In this document: positions 8,149 to 20,480 of the stretch, one piece after another
Position numbering within the stretch: position 1 is the stretch's first letter
Layout: every line of letters starts with the position of its first letter
NCBI GenBank assembly: GCA_903882745.1
Contig: CAIRYG010000004.1
Coordinates: 28,699 to 92,698 of the forward strand
DNA: 64,000 nucleotides
Origin: an uncultured Gemmatimonadota bacterium
Lineage (GTDB): Bacteria; Gemmatimonadota; Gemmatimonadetes; Gemmatimonadales; Gemmatimonadaceae
Direction: 5' to 3'
Position numbers and translations under genes: made by a program
The notes under the pieces: generated by a model
Told to the model about the DNA's origin: nothing
The model's database searches: none
The model's input: the letters and a program-made list of their open reading frames with translations, nothing else

Positions 8149-9765
8149 GTGAAGGATATCCCTGCGGCGCACGCCGCGCCATTGACATCTGAGGTAGCAG
8201 TGACTGAGCAAGAACGCGAAACGGCCGGAGCCGTACGTAGCACAAATGTGGCCCATTTCCTCGCCCCCGACTGGACCCAGGTGGCCCAGCGCGCCGCGGG
8301 CGCCCTTGAACGCATCGACCGTGAGCGCGCTGTTGTGCAGCTGCTGGTCGTTGTCCCCGATGACGAAGCCGCCGACAGCGTCTCCCGCGAGCTTCGCCTC
8401 CTCACTGCCGCCCACGGCGTAGCCATTGTCCCGGTTACGAGCTCCGCACGCGCCGGCCGCATGCTCAAGGCTGGCCCCGCGCACCTGCTCGTCGGGCGCG
8501 CCCGCGCCTTGGCGGACCTCCTTCCCGACTCGACGCTGAAGCTGGCTGACGTCTCGGCGGTGATCCTGGTCGCCGCTGACGAGCTCGAGCCAGAGGCGGA
8601 CGCCCTGTCGACGCTCATGGCCGAAGTCCCCAAGAAGGGGGCCCGGATGCTGCTGGCGGCCGACGCCACGCCGTTCGTCGAAAGCCTGCTCGAGCGCTAT
8701 CTGCACCGCGCCCGTCGTATGGCCGATTCGACTCCCGAGCCGCTCCCCCTCCCCGAGGGCACGCCGCCGACGATCTCCGTGATCGCCACCCAGGCGGGCA
8801 AGCCGTTGGCTCCGCTCGCGGGGCTCTTGGACGACATCGACCCGCCCTCGATCGCCATCGTCGTTGGCGATGCCCGGGACGAAGGACGTGCCCGTGCCGC
8901 CCTCGAAGCGCTCGGCTATCCGACCGACTCGTCGCTCGTGGCCGTGACCCGCGGTGATGTGACGCTGCACACCGCGCTCGTGATCTTCGCCGGCCTTCCC
9001 GACGCCGCGCAGCTCCGCGCCGCCTTCGGGGCGCATCCGGCACGCATGGTGGCGCTTGTCACGACCCGCCAGCGCAAGACGCTCGCCGAGCGTGCGGTGG
9101 GCGCCAAGATCGTCCCATACGACCGCACGCGTTCCGCGCGCGCGGCCCGTGCTCGCGAGGACGCCACCCGAGCGGCCCTGCAGCAGGTGCTCGACCGCGG
9201 CCTGTCCGTGCGTGAAGTCTTGGCGCTGGAGCCGATGCTCACCGAGCACGACGGCCTGTCGATTGCCGCGGCCGCGCTGCGGCTCTACGAGGAGGCCCGT
9301 GAGGCCACCGCCGCCGCCCATGCGGCTGGCCGCGAGGAACTGCGCCTCGAGATCAAGGCTCGTGCCGATGCGGCAGCCGCCGCGGAGCGTGCCGAGCGTC
9401 CCAAGGACAATGGCCCGCCGCGGAAGTCGTTCGGCGACCGTGGTGGTCGTGGGGGCCCGCGTCCGAGCTTCGGTTCGGGCCGTCCGTCGCGCCCGAGTTT
9501 CAATGACGACCGTGGCGAGCGCGCCCCCCGTGGCGATCGTCCGGAACGGTCGGATCGTGGCGAGCGTCCGCCGCGCAGCGATGCGCGTCCGAGCTTTGGC
9601 GATCGCCCGAGTGCCCCGCGTGGCGATCGTCCGAGCGCGCCGCGCGGTGACCGTCCGAGCGCGCCGCGTGGCGACCGGCCCGGGAGTTCTGACCGTGGTC
9701 CGCGTAGCGACGATTCGCGAGGGCCCCGCAAGTTTAGCCCGCGCGGCCCGCGCAAGTCGCCGTGA
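8149..9765 (+). CDS. DEAD-box-helicase-like protein with degenerate ATPase motifs and an R/G/P/D-rich C-terminal tail
   Basis: 538-aa ORF. It is colinear with the DEAD-box layout: VVVPDDEAA at the motif Ia (PTRELA) position, VLVAADELE at the DEAD position, LLAADAT at the SAT position. No GSGKT P-loop, ARGxD or HRIGRTGR motif is present. GTG 8149 is the longest start. GTG 8200, preceded by GAGG, is a better-looking start. Confidence 0.7.
   Translation: MKDIPAAHAAPLTSEVAVTEQERETAGAVRSTNVAHFLAPDWTQVAQRAAGALERIDRERAVVQLLVVVPDDEAADSVSRELRLLTAAHGVAIVPVTSSARAGRMLKAGPAHLLVGRARALADLLPDSTLKLADVSAVILVAADELEPEADALSTLMAEVPKKGARMLLAADATPFVESLLERYLHRARRMADSTPEPLPLPEGTPPTISVIATQAGKPLAPLAGLLDDIDPPSIAIVVGDARDEGRARAALEALGYPTDSSLVAVTRGDVTLHTALVIFAGLPDAAQLRAAFGAHPARMVALVTTRQRKTLAERAVGAKIVPYDRTRSARAARAREDATRAALQQVLDRGLSVREVLALEPMLTEHDGLSIAAAALRLYEEAREATAAAHAAGREELRLEIKARADAAAAAERAERPKDNGPPRKSFGDRGGRGGPRPSFGSGRPSRPSFNDDRGERAPRGDRPERSDRGERPPRSDARPSFGDRPSAPRGDRPSAPRGDRPSAPRGDRPGSSDRGPRSDDSRGPRKFSPRGPRKSP
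9598..9681 (+). repeat. 24-nt in-frame tandem repeat, about 3.5 copies, encoding GDRPSAPR
   Basis: ggcgatcgcccgagtgccccgcgt / ggcgatcgtccgagcgcgccgcgc / ggtgaccgtccgagcgcgccgcgt / ggcgaccggccc... read directly. Confidence 0.9.
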
Positions 9766-10376
9766 GCAATGCCCCTGGACAACCGAACGGCGGATGGGTT
9801 GAAGTCATCGCCGGGGTGATGTTCAGCGGCAAGAGTGAAGAGCTCATCCGTCGCGTTCGGCGTTCGCTCATCGCCCGCAAGCGGGTTCAGGTGTTCAAGT
9901 CGCACCTCGATGATCGGTACGCCGGCGTGTTCATGGTGGGTTCGCACGACGGCCGTACAATCGAAGCGGTCCCGGTCGATTCGTCGGCCCAGATTGCCCT
10001 GCGCCTGGATCCCCAGGCGCAGGTGATTGCGATCGATGAAGTCCAGTTCTTGGACGCGGGCGTGGTCGCGCTCGTGAACAGTCTCGCCGATCGCGGACGC
10101 CGTGTGATTCTCGCCGGCACCGATACGGATTTTCGCGGGGAGCCCTTCGGCCCAATGGCCCCGCTGATGTGCGTCGCCGAGTACGTCGACAAGCTGCACG
10201 CGATCTGCGTGTGCTGCGGCGCACCGGCCACGCGCAATCAACGCCTTATCGACGGCAAGCCCGCGCATTACGACTCGCCGCAGGTCATGGTGGGAGGCGC
10301 TGACAGCTACGAAGCGCGCTGCCGCTCGTGCCATGTGGTGGCGCGTGACGACGGCGCACAGGCGCGACTGTTCTAG
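9762..10376 (+). CDS. tdk: Thymidine kinase
   Basis: P-loop [14 protein letters not shown], zinc-ribbon cysteines CVCCG ... CRSCH. GTG start overlaps the upstream stop (GTGA 9762-9765). Confidence 0.9.
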   Translation: MSNAPGQPNGGWVEVIAGVMFSGKSEELIRRVRRSLIARKRVQVFKSHLDDRYAGVFMVGSHDGRTIEAVPVDSSAQIALRLDPQAQVIAIDEVQFLDAGVVALVNSLADRGRRVILAGTDTDFRGEPFGPMAPLMCVAEYVDKLHAICVCCGAPATRNQRLIDGKPAHYDSPQVMVGGADSYEARCRSCHVVARDDGAQARLF

Positions 10377-10418
10377 CAGGATCTGACGCGTAGACCAACC
10401 AGCGGAGAACCGTCAGCC

Positions 10419-11018
10419 ATGCGAGTCATCGGCCTCACCGGAAACATTGCGAGCGGCAAGAGCACCGTGGCGCGCCTCCTCGCAGACCGTGGCGTGCCGA
10501 TTATCGATGCCGATGTCCTCGCCCGCGAGGCCGTCGCTCCGGCGACCCCTGGGCACGCAGCCATCACGGCGCGCTGGGGCGCCGCCGTTCTTGCTGCCGA
10601 CGGCACCATCGACCGAGCCGCACTCCGACACATCGTCTTTGCCAACCCGGACGAGCGCGCCGCCTTGAATGCCATCGTCCACCCCGAGGTCGCGCGGCGG
10701 CGGCACGATCTGGTCGAAGCGGCCCGCGCCCGCGGCGAGCGAATTGTGGTGTGCGACATCCCCCTCCTCTTCGAGACGGGACTCGAGCGTGAGTGTGACG
10801 CCGTGCTGCTGGTCGACGCGCCGGAGGAGCTCCGACGCGATCGCCTCGTGCGCGACCGCGCCCTCAGCGCCGAGGAGGCGACCGCCATGATTCGCGCGCA
10901 GCTGCCGGCCGAACAGCAGCGGGCTCGGGCCGACTGTGTGCTTCAGAATGCCGGCACCCTCGAGGAGCTACGTAACCAGCTCGACCGCGCTTGGGCACAG
11001 ATCGACCCAAAAACTTGA
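10419..11018 (+). CDS. coaE: Dephospho-CoA kinase
   Basis: MRVIGLTGNIASGKSTVARLL, IIDADVLAREAV, 199 aa. Confidence 0.9.
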   Translation: MRVIGLTGNIASGKSTVARLLADRGVPIIDADVLAREAVAPATPGHAAITARWGAAVLAADGTIDRAALRHIVFANPDERAALNAIVHPEVARRRHDLVEAARARGERIVVCDIPLLFETGLERECDAVLLVDAPEELRRDRLVRDRALSAEEATAMIRAQLPAEQQRARADCVLQNAGTLEELRNQLDRAWAQIDPKT

Positions 11019-11112
11019 ACATCTATGGGCCGGCCGGTATGCTTCCCCTCGTACCGACTACCACGGCGCCGCCCATCGCTGCACGGACGCGCCCCTGACA
11101 TCAAGGACTCCC

Positions 11113-11508
11113 GTGTCGAATATCCCAGCCGACCTCCGCTATACCGATGATCACGAGTACGTGAAGAGCACAGCTGACGCTGCGGTAGTCATCGTGGGCA
11201 TCACGCACTACGCACAGGACCAGCTCGGCGACATGGTGTTCGTCGATCTCCCGAAGGTTGGCCAGAAGTTCGGCGCGCACGAGTCGTTCGGCACCGTCGA
11301 GGCAGTGAAGGCGGTGAGCGACCTCTTCACCCCGCTCGCGGGCGAAGTGGTCGAGATCAACACCCGCCTCAACGACGAACCGGCGCTCGTGAACTCGGAC
11401 CCGTACGGCGACGGCTGGATGATCAAGATGAAGGTCGATGCCGCCGCGGTCGCCGGCCTGCTCGACGCCGCCGCCTACACGGCGCACCTGGCCAGCACGG
11501 GCCACTAA
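11113..11508 (+). CDS. gcvH: Glycine cleavage system H protein
   Basis: ORF 10936..11508 trimmed to in-frame GTG 11113 (VSNIPADLRYTDDHEYV). Lipoyl-lysine motif GTVEAVKAVSDL, DPYGDGWMIKM. Confidence 0.9.
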   Translation: MSNIPADLRYTDDHEYVKSTADAAVVIVGITHYAQDQLGDMVFVDLPKVGQKFGAHESFGTVEAVKAVSDLFTPLAGEVVEINTRLNDEPALVNSDPYGDGWMIKMKVDAAAVAGLLDAAAYTAHLASTGH

Positions 11509-11530
11509 GCCCGTCGGCACCGAATGTGAG

Positions 11531-11564
11531 AAGGGGCGGCCCCGCAACTGCGGGGCCGCCCCTT
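11531..11564. terminator. Bidirectional stem-loop between convergent gcvH and gcvP
   Basis: aaggggcggccccgc-aact-gcggggccgcccctt, a perfect 15-bp stem with a 4-nt loop. Confidence 0.75.
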
Positions 11565-11584
11565 CATCGTATCACGAACGCCGC

Positions 11585-14452
<2,868 letters not shown>

Positions 14453-14586
14453 GTTCGGACTCCTGTAGCGGAGCGCGCAGACGCTCCGGATGGACGCGGA
14501 ACAGGTGACAAATGACAACACCAAAAGATAATAGGTGGAGCGCAAAGAGGCGTTGGCTTGCCCCGGTTCCGTGGTAGATTCCGCGC

Positions 14587-15345
14587 ATGTGGCGTTTCCT
14601 TGTGACCGAACCGGCCTTCGCCGCGGCAAACATGGCGCTCGACGCGGGGCTTCTCGACCGTGCGGCCGCCACCGGCGAGTCGGTGCTACGCCTGTACAGC
14701 TGGGCGGTCCCGACGCTCTCCTTTGGCCGGCACGAATCGGTCGCGGGCCTGTTTCGCGCCGAGGATCTTGCGGCCGCGGGTATGGAGGCGGTGCGCCGAC
14801 CGACGGGCGGACGGGTGCTCCTGCACGATCACGAGGCCACGTACAGTGTGTCGGCCCCAGTTGTGGAGGGTGAGCCACTCAAGGCCAGCTATGCCCAGAT
14901 CAACGCGCTCTTAGTGGCAGCCCTCGGGCGACTGGGGGTCGACGCCGCAGAAGCGCCGGCGAGCCCCGTCCGGCGCCCTGGAGGGGCCGCCTGCTTCGCC
15001 GAGCCCAATGCTGGCGAGCTGGTGGTGCATGGCCGCAAGCTGGTTGGGAGTGCGCAGTTCCGAGAGCGCGGCGCCTTAGTGCAACACGGGTCGATTCTCT
15101 TTGCCGACGACCAGTCGCGGATCACGGCCCTCGCCCGGCGTCCGATGACTCCCAGCATTCCCGCGGCAGCGCTCGACGACCTGCTCGGTCGGTCCGCCAG
15201 CCGTGCCGACGTCGCGCAGGCACTCCGGTGGGCCCTGGAGCAGCAGGGTGAAACTGTCGAGGTCCTGGAGCCCGACGACGCCTGGCAGTGGGCCGCGCCA
15301 CATCGCGCGCGATACGAAAGCCCGGAGTGGACGTGGCGGCGGTAG
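14587..15345 (+). CDS. Lipoate-protein ligase / octanoyltransferase family protein (BPL_LplA_LipB catalytic domain only)
   Basis: [12 protein letters not shown] and GRKLVGSAQ (catalytic Lys) motifs. At 252 aa it lacks the LplA C-terminal accessory domain. Divergent from gcvP. Confidence 0.8.
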   Translation: MWRFLVTEPAFAAANMALDAGLLDRAAATGESVLRLYSWAVPTLSFGRHESVAGLFRAEDLAAAGMEAVRRPTGGRVLLHDHEATYSVSAPVVEGEPLKASYAQINALLVAALGRLGVDAAEAPASPVRRPGGAACFAEPNAGELVVHGRKLVGSAQFRERGALVQHGSILFADDQSRITALARRPMTPSIPAAALDDLLGRSASRADVAQALRWALEQQGETVEVLEPDDAWQWAAPHRARYESPEWTWRR

Positions 15346-15384
15346 TAGTGTAAGATTTGCCGACACTGAATACTTTGGAGACTG

Positions 15385-17055
15385 ATGCGACGTCGATTGG
15401 TGCGGCTTATCGGAACGGGGAGCATGCTCGCGATCGCCGCGTGCAGCGGGCGCGAAGGTTCGGGCGGCGGCACAGTCATTGTCGCCCTCGGTGCGGACAC
15501 CAAGTCGCTCTTCCCCCCGGTCGCGGCGGGAACCGTCCAGGGGCGCGCAATGGTCGAACCAATGTTCGACCCCCTCGCCGAGTTGGGCGCATCACTCTCT
15601 ACGGTGGATGTTGCGAGTTTCGCCCCGCGACTCGCGCAATCGTGGACCTGGAGCGCCGACTCGCTCACCGTGACCTTCACACTCGACCCGCGCGCACGCT
15701 GGCACGACGGCGCACCGGTGCGAGCCGCCGACGTGCGACTCGGCTACGACATTGCGCGTGATCCCGCGAGCGGCTCGAGCACAGTGGCCGACCTGTCCGC
15801 GGCTGTGGATGCGGTCACGGTCGTCGACTCACTGCACGTCGCCGCGCACTTCTCGCACCGTTCGCCCGAGCAGTTCTATCAGTTCGTCGCGTCGTTCGTG
15901 CCGCTGCCCTCGCACCTGCTTGGCGCCATTCCGCACGACTCACTTGCGACCTCCGCATTCTCGCGCGCACCGGTCGGAAGTGGTCCCTTCCGGTTCGTGT
16001 CGTGGAAGCAGGGCGAGCGGTTCGAGATGGCCGCTGTCGACACATTCTATCGCGGACGCGCCAAGCTCGACCGCGTGATTTTCTCGGTGAACGGTGACCC
16101 GTCGACGCTCGCCAAACAGCTGTTCGCAGGCGAGGCAGACTTCTATGAACTGCTTCCCGCGTCGGAAGTGGCGACGGCCGCCACAAAAAAAACGGTGCAG
16201 CTCATTCGCACCCCGTCGATGAACTACGCGTTTCTGCAGTTCAACCTGCACGACGGCGCAAGCACCAAACCCCACCCCGTGCTCGGCGACGCAGGTGTGC
16301 GTCGTGCGCTCGCGATGGCAGTCGACCGTCGCGCGATGTTACAGAATGTGTTCGAGGGCGCAGGCCGCCTCGCGATGGGCCCCTTCTCGAGCATGCAGTG
16401 GAGCGCCGACAGCACCCTGCGCCAACCACGCTTTGATCGCACCGCCGCCGCCACCTTGCTCGACTCACTCGGCTGGAAAATCGGCGCCGATGGCACGCGC
16501 GCGAAAAACGGACATCCACTTGCATTCAGTATCATCGCCGCGAGTAGCAGCAAACCGCGCCAACAGTACGCGCAGTTGATTCAGGAACAACTCCGCCAGA
16601 TCGGCGTGAAGGTCGAGGTCGAGGTCATGGATCCGCCCGCGATTGGCGCAAAGGTGACGTCGCACACGTTCGACAGCTTCATTCAGAATCTGACGGCAGG
16701 GCGCAGTCCGGTGGGGGGCCTACATCAGACTTGGTATAAGGGCTCGACTGGCCCCGGCGGCTTGAACTTCGGCGGCTACGCGAGCGCCGCCGTCGACCTC
16801 CAGGCCGACAGTGCCTTCAGCGCCCTCACCACGACCGACGCACGCCGGCATTACCGTGCGGTGTATCAGCAGATCATCGATGATGCGCCGGCGATCTTCC
16901 TGTTCGAGCAGCCCACGATCTCCGGTGCACACACGCGCCTAGTGACCGGAGCACTGCGTCCGGGCGCCTGGTGGAAGTCGATTGAGCAGTGGGCCATTGC
17001 GCCCGGTGGGCACCTGCCGCGCGATATTCCGCGCGACGCGCCGCCCAAGAGCTGA
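15385..17055 (+). CDS. ABC transporter substrate-binding lipoprotein, family 5 (peptide/nickel type)
   Basis: Lipobox LAIAACSG, 556 aa, family-5 SBP-like sequence (FRFVSWKQGERFEMAAVDTFYRG), followed by two permease and two ATPase genes. Confidence 0.85.
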   Translation: MRRRLVRLIGTGSMLAIAACSGREGSGGGTVIVALGADTKSLFPPVAAGTVQGRAMVEPMFDPLAELGASLSTVDVASFAPRLAQSWTWSADSLTVTFTLDPRARWHDGAPVRAADVRLGYDIARDPASGSSTVADLSAAVDAVTVVDSLHVAAHFSHRSPEQFYQFVASFVPLPSHLLGAIPHDSLATSAFSRAPVGSGPFRFVSWKQGERFEMAAVDTFYRGRAKLDRVIFSVNGDPSTLAKQLFAGEADFYELLPASEVATAATKKTVQLIRTPSMNYAFLQFNLHDGASTKPHPVLGDAGVRRALAMAVDRRAMLQNVFEGAGRLAMGPFSSMQWSADSTLRQPRFDRTAAATLLDSLGWKIGADGTRAKNGHPLAFSIIAASSSKPRQQYAQLIQEQLRQIGVKVEVEVMDPPAIGAKVTSHTFDSFIQNLTAGRSPVGGLHQTWYKGSTGPGGLNFGGYASAAVDLQADSAFSALTTTDARRHYRAVYQQIIDDAPAIFLFEQPTISGAHTRLVTGALRPGAWWKSIEQWAIAPGGHLPRDIPRDAPPKS

Positions 17056-17057
17056 CG

Positions 17058-18053
17058 TTGTTCCGGTTCCTGCTCGGTCGCCTCGCGCAATCCGCGCTGG
17101 TGCTGGGCCTCGCGGTGTCCGTGGTGTTCGCGCTCTTGCGTGCGGCACCAGGAGATCCGTTGAGCGGGAGCACACTCGACGCAACCACCGCGCCGGCCAC
17201 GCGAGAGCTGCTGCGTCGCCAGTACGCCCTCGACCGGCCGCTCCTCGAGCAGTACGCGCACTTTGTCGGGAGCGCACTGCGCGGTGAACTCGGGATGTCG
17301 CTGTCGCGGGGCCGTCCCGTTGCCCAGGTGCTGCGCGATGTCGTGCCCAATACCGTGCTGTTGATGGGCACTGGACTCTTCCTTGGAATCCTCGGCGGCA
17401 TTGCACTGGGCGCCTGGCAGGGGAGTCGCGACACCCGCAGCTCCGCCACATCCGCGCGCGTCGCGCGCATGTCCGAGCGGATCGGTCTCGCGATCATCGC
17501 CACCCCCGAGTACATCGTCGCCACGGCGATGCTGACACTCTTTGCCGCCACCTGGCGACTCTTCCCGATTGGTGGAATGGTGAGTCTTGGCGTGCACGAC
17601 TCCCTGGGACCCGTCGCGCAGGCGGGCGACGTGCTCTGGCACCTCACACTCCCCGCGCTGACGCTCGCCCTGATCGTGGGCGCCGGCGTCGCGCGCTATC
17701 AGCGCACCGAGATGCGCCTCGTACTCGCGCGGCCGTTCATCCGCACCGCGCGCGCCAAGGGCGTACCCGAAGCGCGCGTGCTGGTGCATCACGCGCTACG
17801 CAACGCCCTCGGCCCCGTGATTACCCTGTGCGGACTCTTGCTGCCGTCGCTGGTCGGCGGCGCGGTGTTCATTGAGGCAATCTTTGCATGGCCTGGCATG
17901 GGGCGCACGATGGTCGAAGCCGTCACCGGTCGCGACTATCCGCTCGCGATTGGCGCGGTGATCGTGTCGAGTGTGTTGGTCGCGCTCGGGGGCCTGCTGG
18001 CCGATGTCGCCGCAGCGGTTGCCGACCCGCGACTCGTTCGAGGGCGTCGATGA
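17058..18053 (+). CDS. ABC peptide transporter permease (DppB/OppB-like)
   Basis: ORF 16989..18053. I favour the in-frame TTG at 17058, just after the SBP stop (17053-17055), giving M-FRFLLGRLAQS. Multi-pass membrane protein. The exact start is uncertain. Confidence 0.85.
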   Translation: MFRFLLGRLAQSALVLGLAVSVVFALLRAAPGDPLSGSTLDATTAPATRELLRRQYALDRPLLEQYAHFVGSALRGELGMSLSRGRPVAQVLRDVVPNTVLLMGTGLFLGILGGIALGAWQGSRDTRSSATSARVARMSERIGLAIIATPEYIVATAMLTLFAATWRLFPIGGMVSLGVHDSLGPVAQAGDVLWHLTLPALTLALIVGAGVARYQRTEMRLVLARPFIRTARAKGVPEARVLVHHALRNALGPVITLCGLLLPSLVGGAVFIEAIFAWPGMGRTMVEAVTGRDYPLAIGAVIVSSVLVALGGLLADVAAAVADPRLVRGRR

Positions 18054-18889
18054 TCGCCACCCCGGCCGCAACATTGCGTGGCACGGGAGTGCCGCGAGTC
18101 GCAACTGGCGTCCTCGCGGTCGCCCTGTTCGTGGCACTCGGCGGCGGCTTGCTCTCCCCGCACGACCCGAACGCCTTCAGCGGCATCGTCGGCATGCAAA
18201 ACATGCCCCCGTCGTGGGCCCATCCATTTGGCACCGACGGACTCTCGCGCGACGTGCTCAGCCGCGTGATCGCCGGCGCACGAATCTCGCTCGGCGTGGG
18301 CGCTCTCTCGGTATGCATTGCGGTACTGCTGGGCACCGCCTGGGGGGCTGTTGCGGGATCGACCGACTCATGGCTCGACGATCTGCTCATGCGCGTCGTC
18401 GATGCCATGCTGGTGATTCCACGCGTGCTGCTCCTGCTCGTGCTCGCGAGTGCTGGTCCGATGTCCCCCTGGAAACTCGCCGTTGCCCTCGGCCTCACGG
18501 CGTGGCCACCGATGAGCCGAGTGGTGCGCGCGCAGGTGCGCGCGATGCGGCAGCGTGACTGGGTGCTCGCCGCGCGGGCGCTCGGCGCCTCGCGGACACG
18601 ACTCCTCGTGCGGCACATACTCCCCGGCGTGATGCCCCACATTGCCGTTGCCGCAACGCTCTCGTTCGCGTCGGTGATTCCGCTCGAGGCGGGCCTCTCG
18701 TTCCTCGGGCTTGGGGTGCGCCCGCCTACGGCGAGCTGGGGCAACATCATGCGCGACGGCGCAGATCGCATGCTCGACACCTGGTGGATGCTCCTCTTCC
18801 CCGCACTCGCGATTATAGCGACGGTGGCAGCGTTCAATGCCGTTGGTGAACGGTGGCGTGCAGCGGTTGATCCGCAGCAGGTGGTGTGA
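18050..18889 (+). CDS. ABC peptide transporter permease (DppC/OppC-like)
   Basis: ORF 17888..18889 trimmed to ATG 18050 (ATGA overlap with the upstream stop). MIATPAATLRG..., PFGTDGLSRDVLSRVIAGARISL typical of OppC. Confidence 0.85.
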   Translation: MIATPAATLRGTGVPRVATGVLAVALFVALGGGLLSPHDPNAFSGIVGMQNMPPSWAHPFGTDGLSRDVLSRVIAGARISLGVGALSVCIAVLLGTAWGAVAGSTDSWLDDLLMRVVDAMLVIPRVLLLLVLASAGPMSPWKLAVALGLTAWPPMSRVVRAQVRAMRQRDWVLAARALGASRTRLLVRHILPGVMPHIAVAATLSFASVIPLEAGLSFLGLGVRPPTASWGNIMRDGADRMLDTWWMLLFPALAIIATVAAFNAVGERWRAAVDPQQVV

Positions 18890-19692
18890 TGAGCACGTCC
18901 CGGCCGCTCCTCGAGGTGCACAATCTGACCGTGCGATTTCCGCTGCACGAGGTGGTCGCCGTGGACCGCCTGTCCTTCCAGATCGCCCGCGGCGAGCGCG
19001 TCGCGCTCGTCGGCGGTTCGGGGAGCGGCAAGTCCGCCACGGCGCTCGCGCTGATTGGGCTCTCCGATGCCGCCGCGGTCGTCGAGGCATCGTCGCGGAT
19101 TGTGTTCGACGGCCACGAACTGCCCGCCCTCGACGCCGAATCACCTGACACGCTCCGCACGCTCCGCGGCAATCGGATCGCCATGATCTTTCAAGATCCG
19201 GCCGCGGCACTCAATCCGTCGATGTCCGTTCGTGATCAGATCGCCGAAACGGCGCTCGTGCACGGCGTATCACCGGCCGTCGCACTGCGCGACGCCGACG
19301 TGATGCTCGCACGCGTCGGACTGCACTCGGCGCTCGGTCACGCCTACCCGCACGAACTCTCCGGTGGACAGTGCCAGCGCGCGATGATCGCGATGGCGCT
19401 CCTGTTGCGACCCGCATTGATCATCGCGGACGAACCCACGTCGTCGCTCGACGTCATCGCGCAGGCACAGGTGCTCACTGTGCTACGCGACCTGCAACGC
19501 GAGACCGGAGCGGCGCTCCTGCTGATTACCCATGACCTCGGCGTGGTCGCCACAACCTGCACGCGCGTGCTCGTGATGCATGCTGGTCAGCTGGTCGAGG
19601 ACGCACCCGTCGAGCGCCTCTTCCGCGCGCCCGCACATCCCGTGTCCGCAGCGCTCCTTCGCGCCGTGCCGCGGCTGGCGGTGGGACGATGA
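18886..19692 (+). CDS. ABC transporter ATP-binding protein (DppD/OppD-like)
   Basis: Walker A GGSGSGKS, signature LSGGQCQR, Walker B LIIADEPTS. Start is GTG 18886 or ATG 18889, and either overlaps the upstream stop. Confidence 0.9.
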   Translation: MMSTSRPLLEVHNLTVRFPLHEVVAVDRLSFQIARGERVALVGGSGSGKSATALALIGLSDAAAVVEASSRIVFDGHELPALDAESPDTLRTLRGNRIAMIFQDPAAALNPSMSVRDQIAETALVHGVSPAVALRDADVMLARVGLHSALGHAYPHELSGGQCQRAMIAMALLLRPALIIADEPTSSLDVIAQAQVLTVLRDLQRETGAALLLITHDLGVVATTCTRVLVMHAGQLVEDAPVERLFRAPAHPVSAALLRAVPRLAVGR

Positions 19693-20480
19693 CCACCCCC
19701 CTCCTCGCCGTACGCGACCTCGCCGTGCGATATCCCGCCCGCGGCGCTCGACCGGCCACGCAGGCGATTGATGGCATCACATTCGAGATTGCCGCGGGCG
19801 AGACGCTCGCGCTGGTGGGCGGCTCCGGCTGCGGCAAGAGCACGGTGGCGCGCGCGGCGCTGCGACTCCTGGAGCCTGACGCCGGACGTATTGTCTTTGC
19901 CGGCATCGACATTGGGACGCTCGCCGCTGGGCCGCTTCGCGCGCTCCGACGGCGCATGCAACTCGTGATGCAAGATGCCTCCACGGCGCTCACGCCGTGG
20001 ATGACGGTCGGCGCCTTAGTGGCGGAACCCCTCGAGATTCACAACATCGCCGTTGGCGCTGCCGCGGACCACGCCGTCCGACTTCTGATCGACGACGTTG
20101 GACTCGGCGCAGAATTCTTGGAGCGGCTCCCGCATGAACTCTCCGGAGGACAACGGCAACGCGTCGCCATCGCGCGCGCCCTGGCCTCCGGTCCGGAGTT
20201 ACTCGTCCTCGACGAGGCCGTCTCGGCGCTCGACGTTGTGGTGCAGCATGAGATCCTCACGCTGCTGGAGCGCCTGCAGCGCGACCGCGGACTGGCCTGC
20301 CTGTTCATCACCCACAACCTCGCCCTCGTCCAGCGGATGGCCTCCCGCGTGGCCGTGATGCAGGGGGGGCGACTGGTGGAAACCGCGTCCACAGTGGAGT
20401 TTTTCTTGGGGCCCGCGCATCCGTATTCGCGCGAGTTACTCGACGCCGTTCCTTCGTACCCACAGCCCATCATCCCGTGA
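19689..20480 (+). CDS. ABC transporter ATP-binding protein (DppF/OppF-like)
   Basis: Walker A GGSGCGKS, signature LSGGQRQR, Walker B LLVLDEAVS. ATGA overlap at 19689-19692. Confidence 0.9.
   Translation: MTTPLLAVRDLAVRYPARGARPATQAIDGITFEIAAGETLALVGGSGCGKSTVARAALRLLEPDAGRIVFAGIDIGTLAAGPLRALRRRMQLVMQDASTALTPWMTVGALVAEPLEIHNIAVGAAADHAVRLLIDDVGLGAEFLERLPHELSGGQRQRVAIARALASGPELLVLDEAVSALDVVVQHEILTLLERLQRDRGLACLFITHNLALVQRMASRVAVMQGGRLVETASTVEFFLGPAHPYSRELLDAVPSYPQPIIP

Noticed and set aside
14453-14586. Possible glycine riboswitch in the gcvP leader (also checked in 11019-11112, upstream of gcvH)
   Set aside because: On the gcvP-sense strand I find only a loose resemblance (CACGGAACCGGGGCAAG versus the conserved CACCGAAGGGGCAA). 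There is no matching GGAGAG or CUCAGGCAAAAGGAC element, and part of the region is the promoter or start of the divergent LplA-like gene. A hairpin (cggagcg-N6-cgctccg) sits just before the AGGAG SD, but that alone is not diagnostic. An Rfam RF00504 cmscan would settle it.
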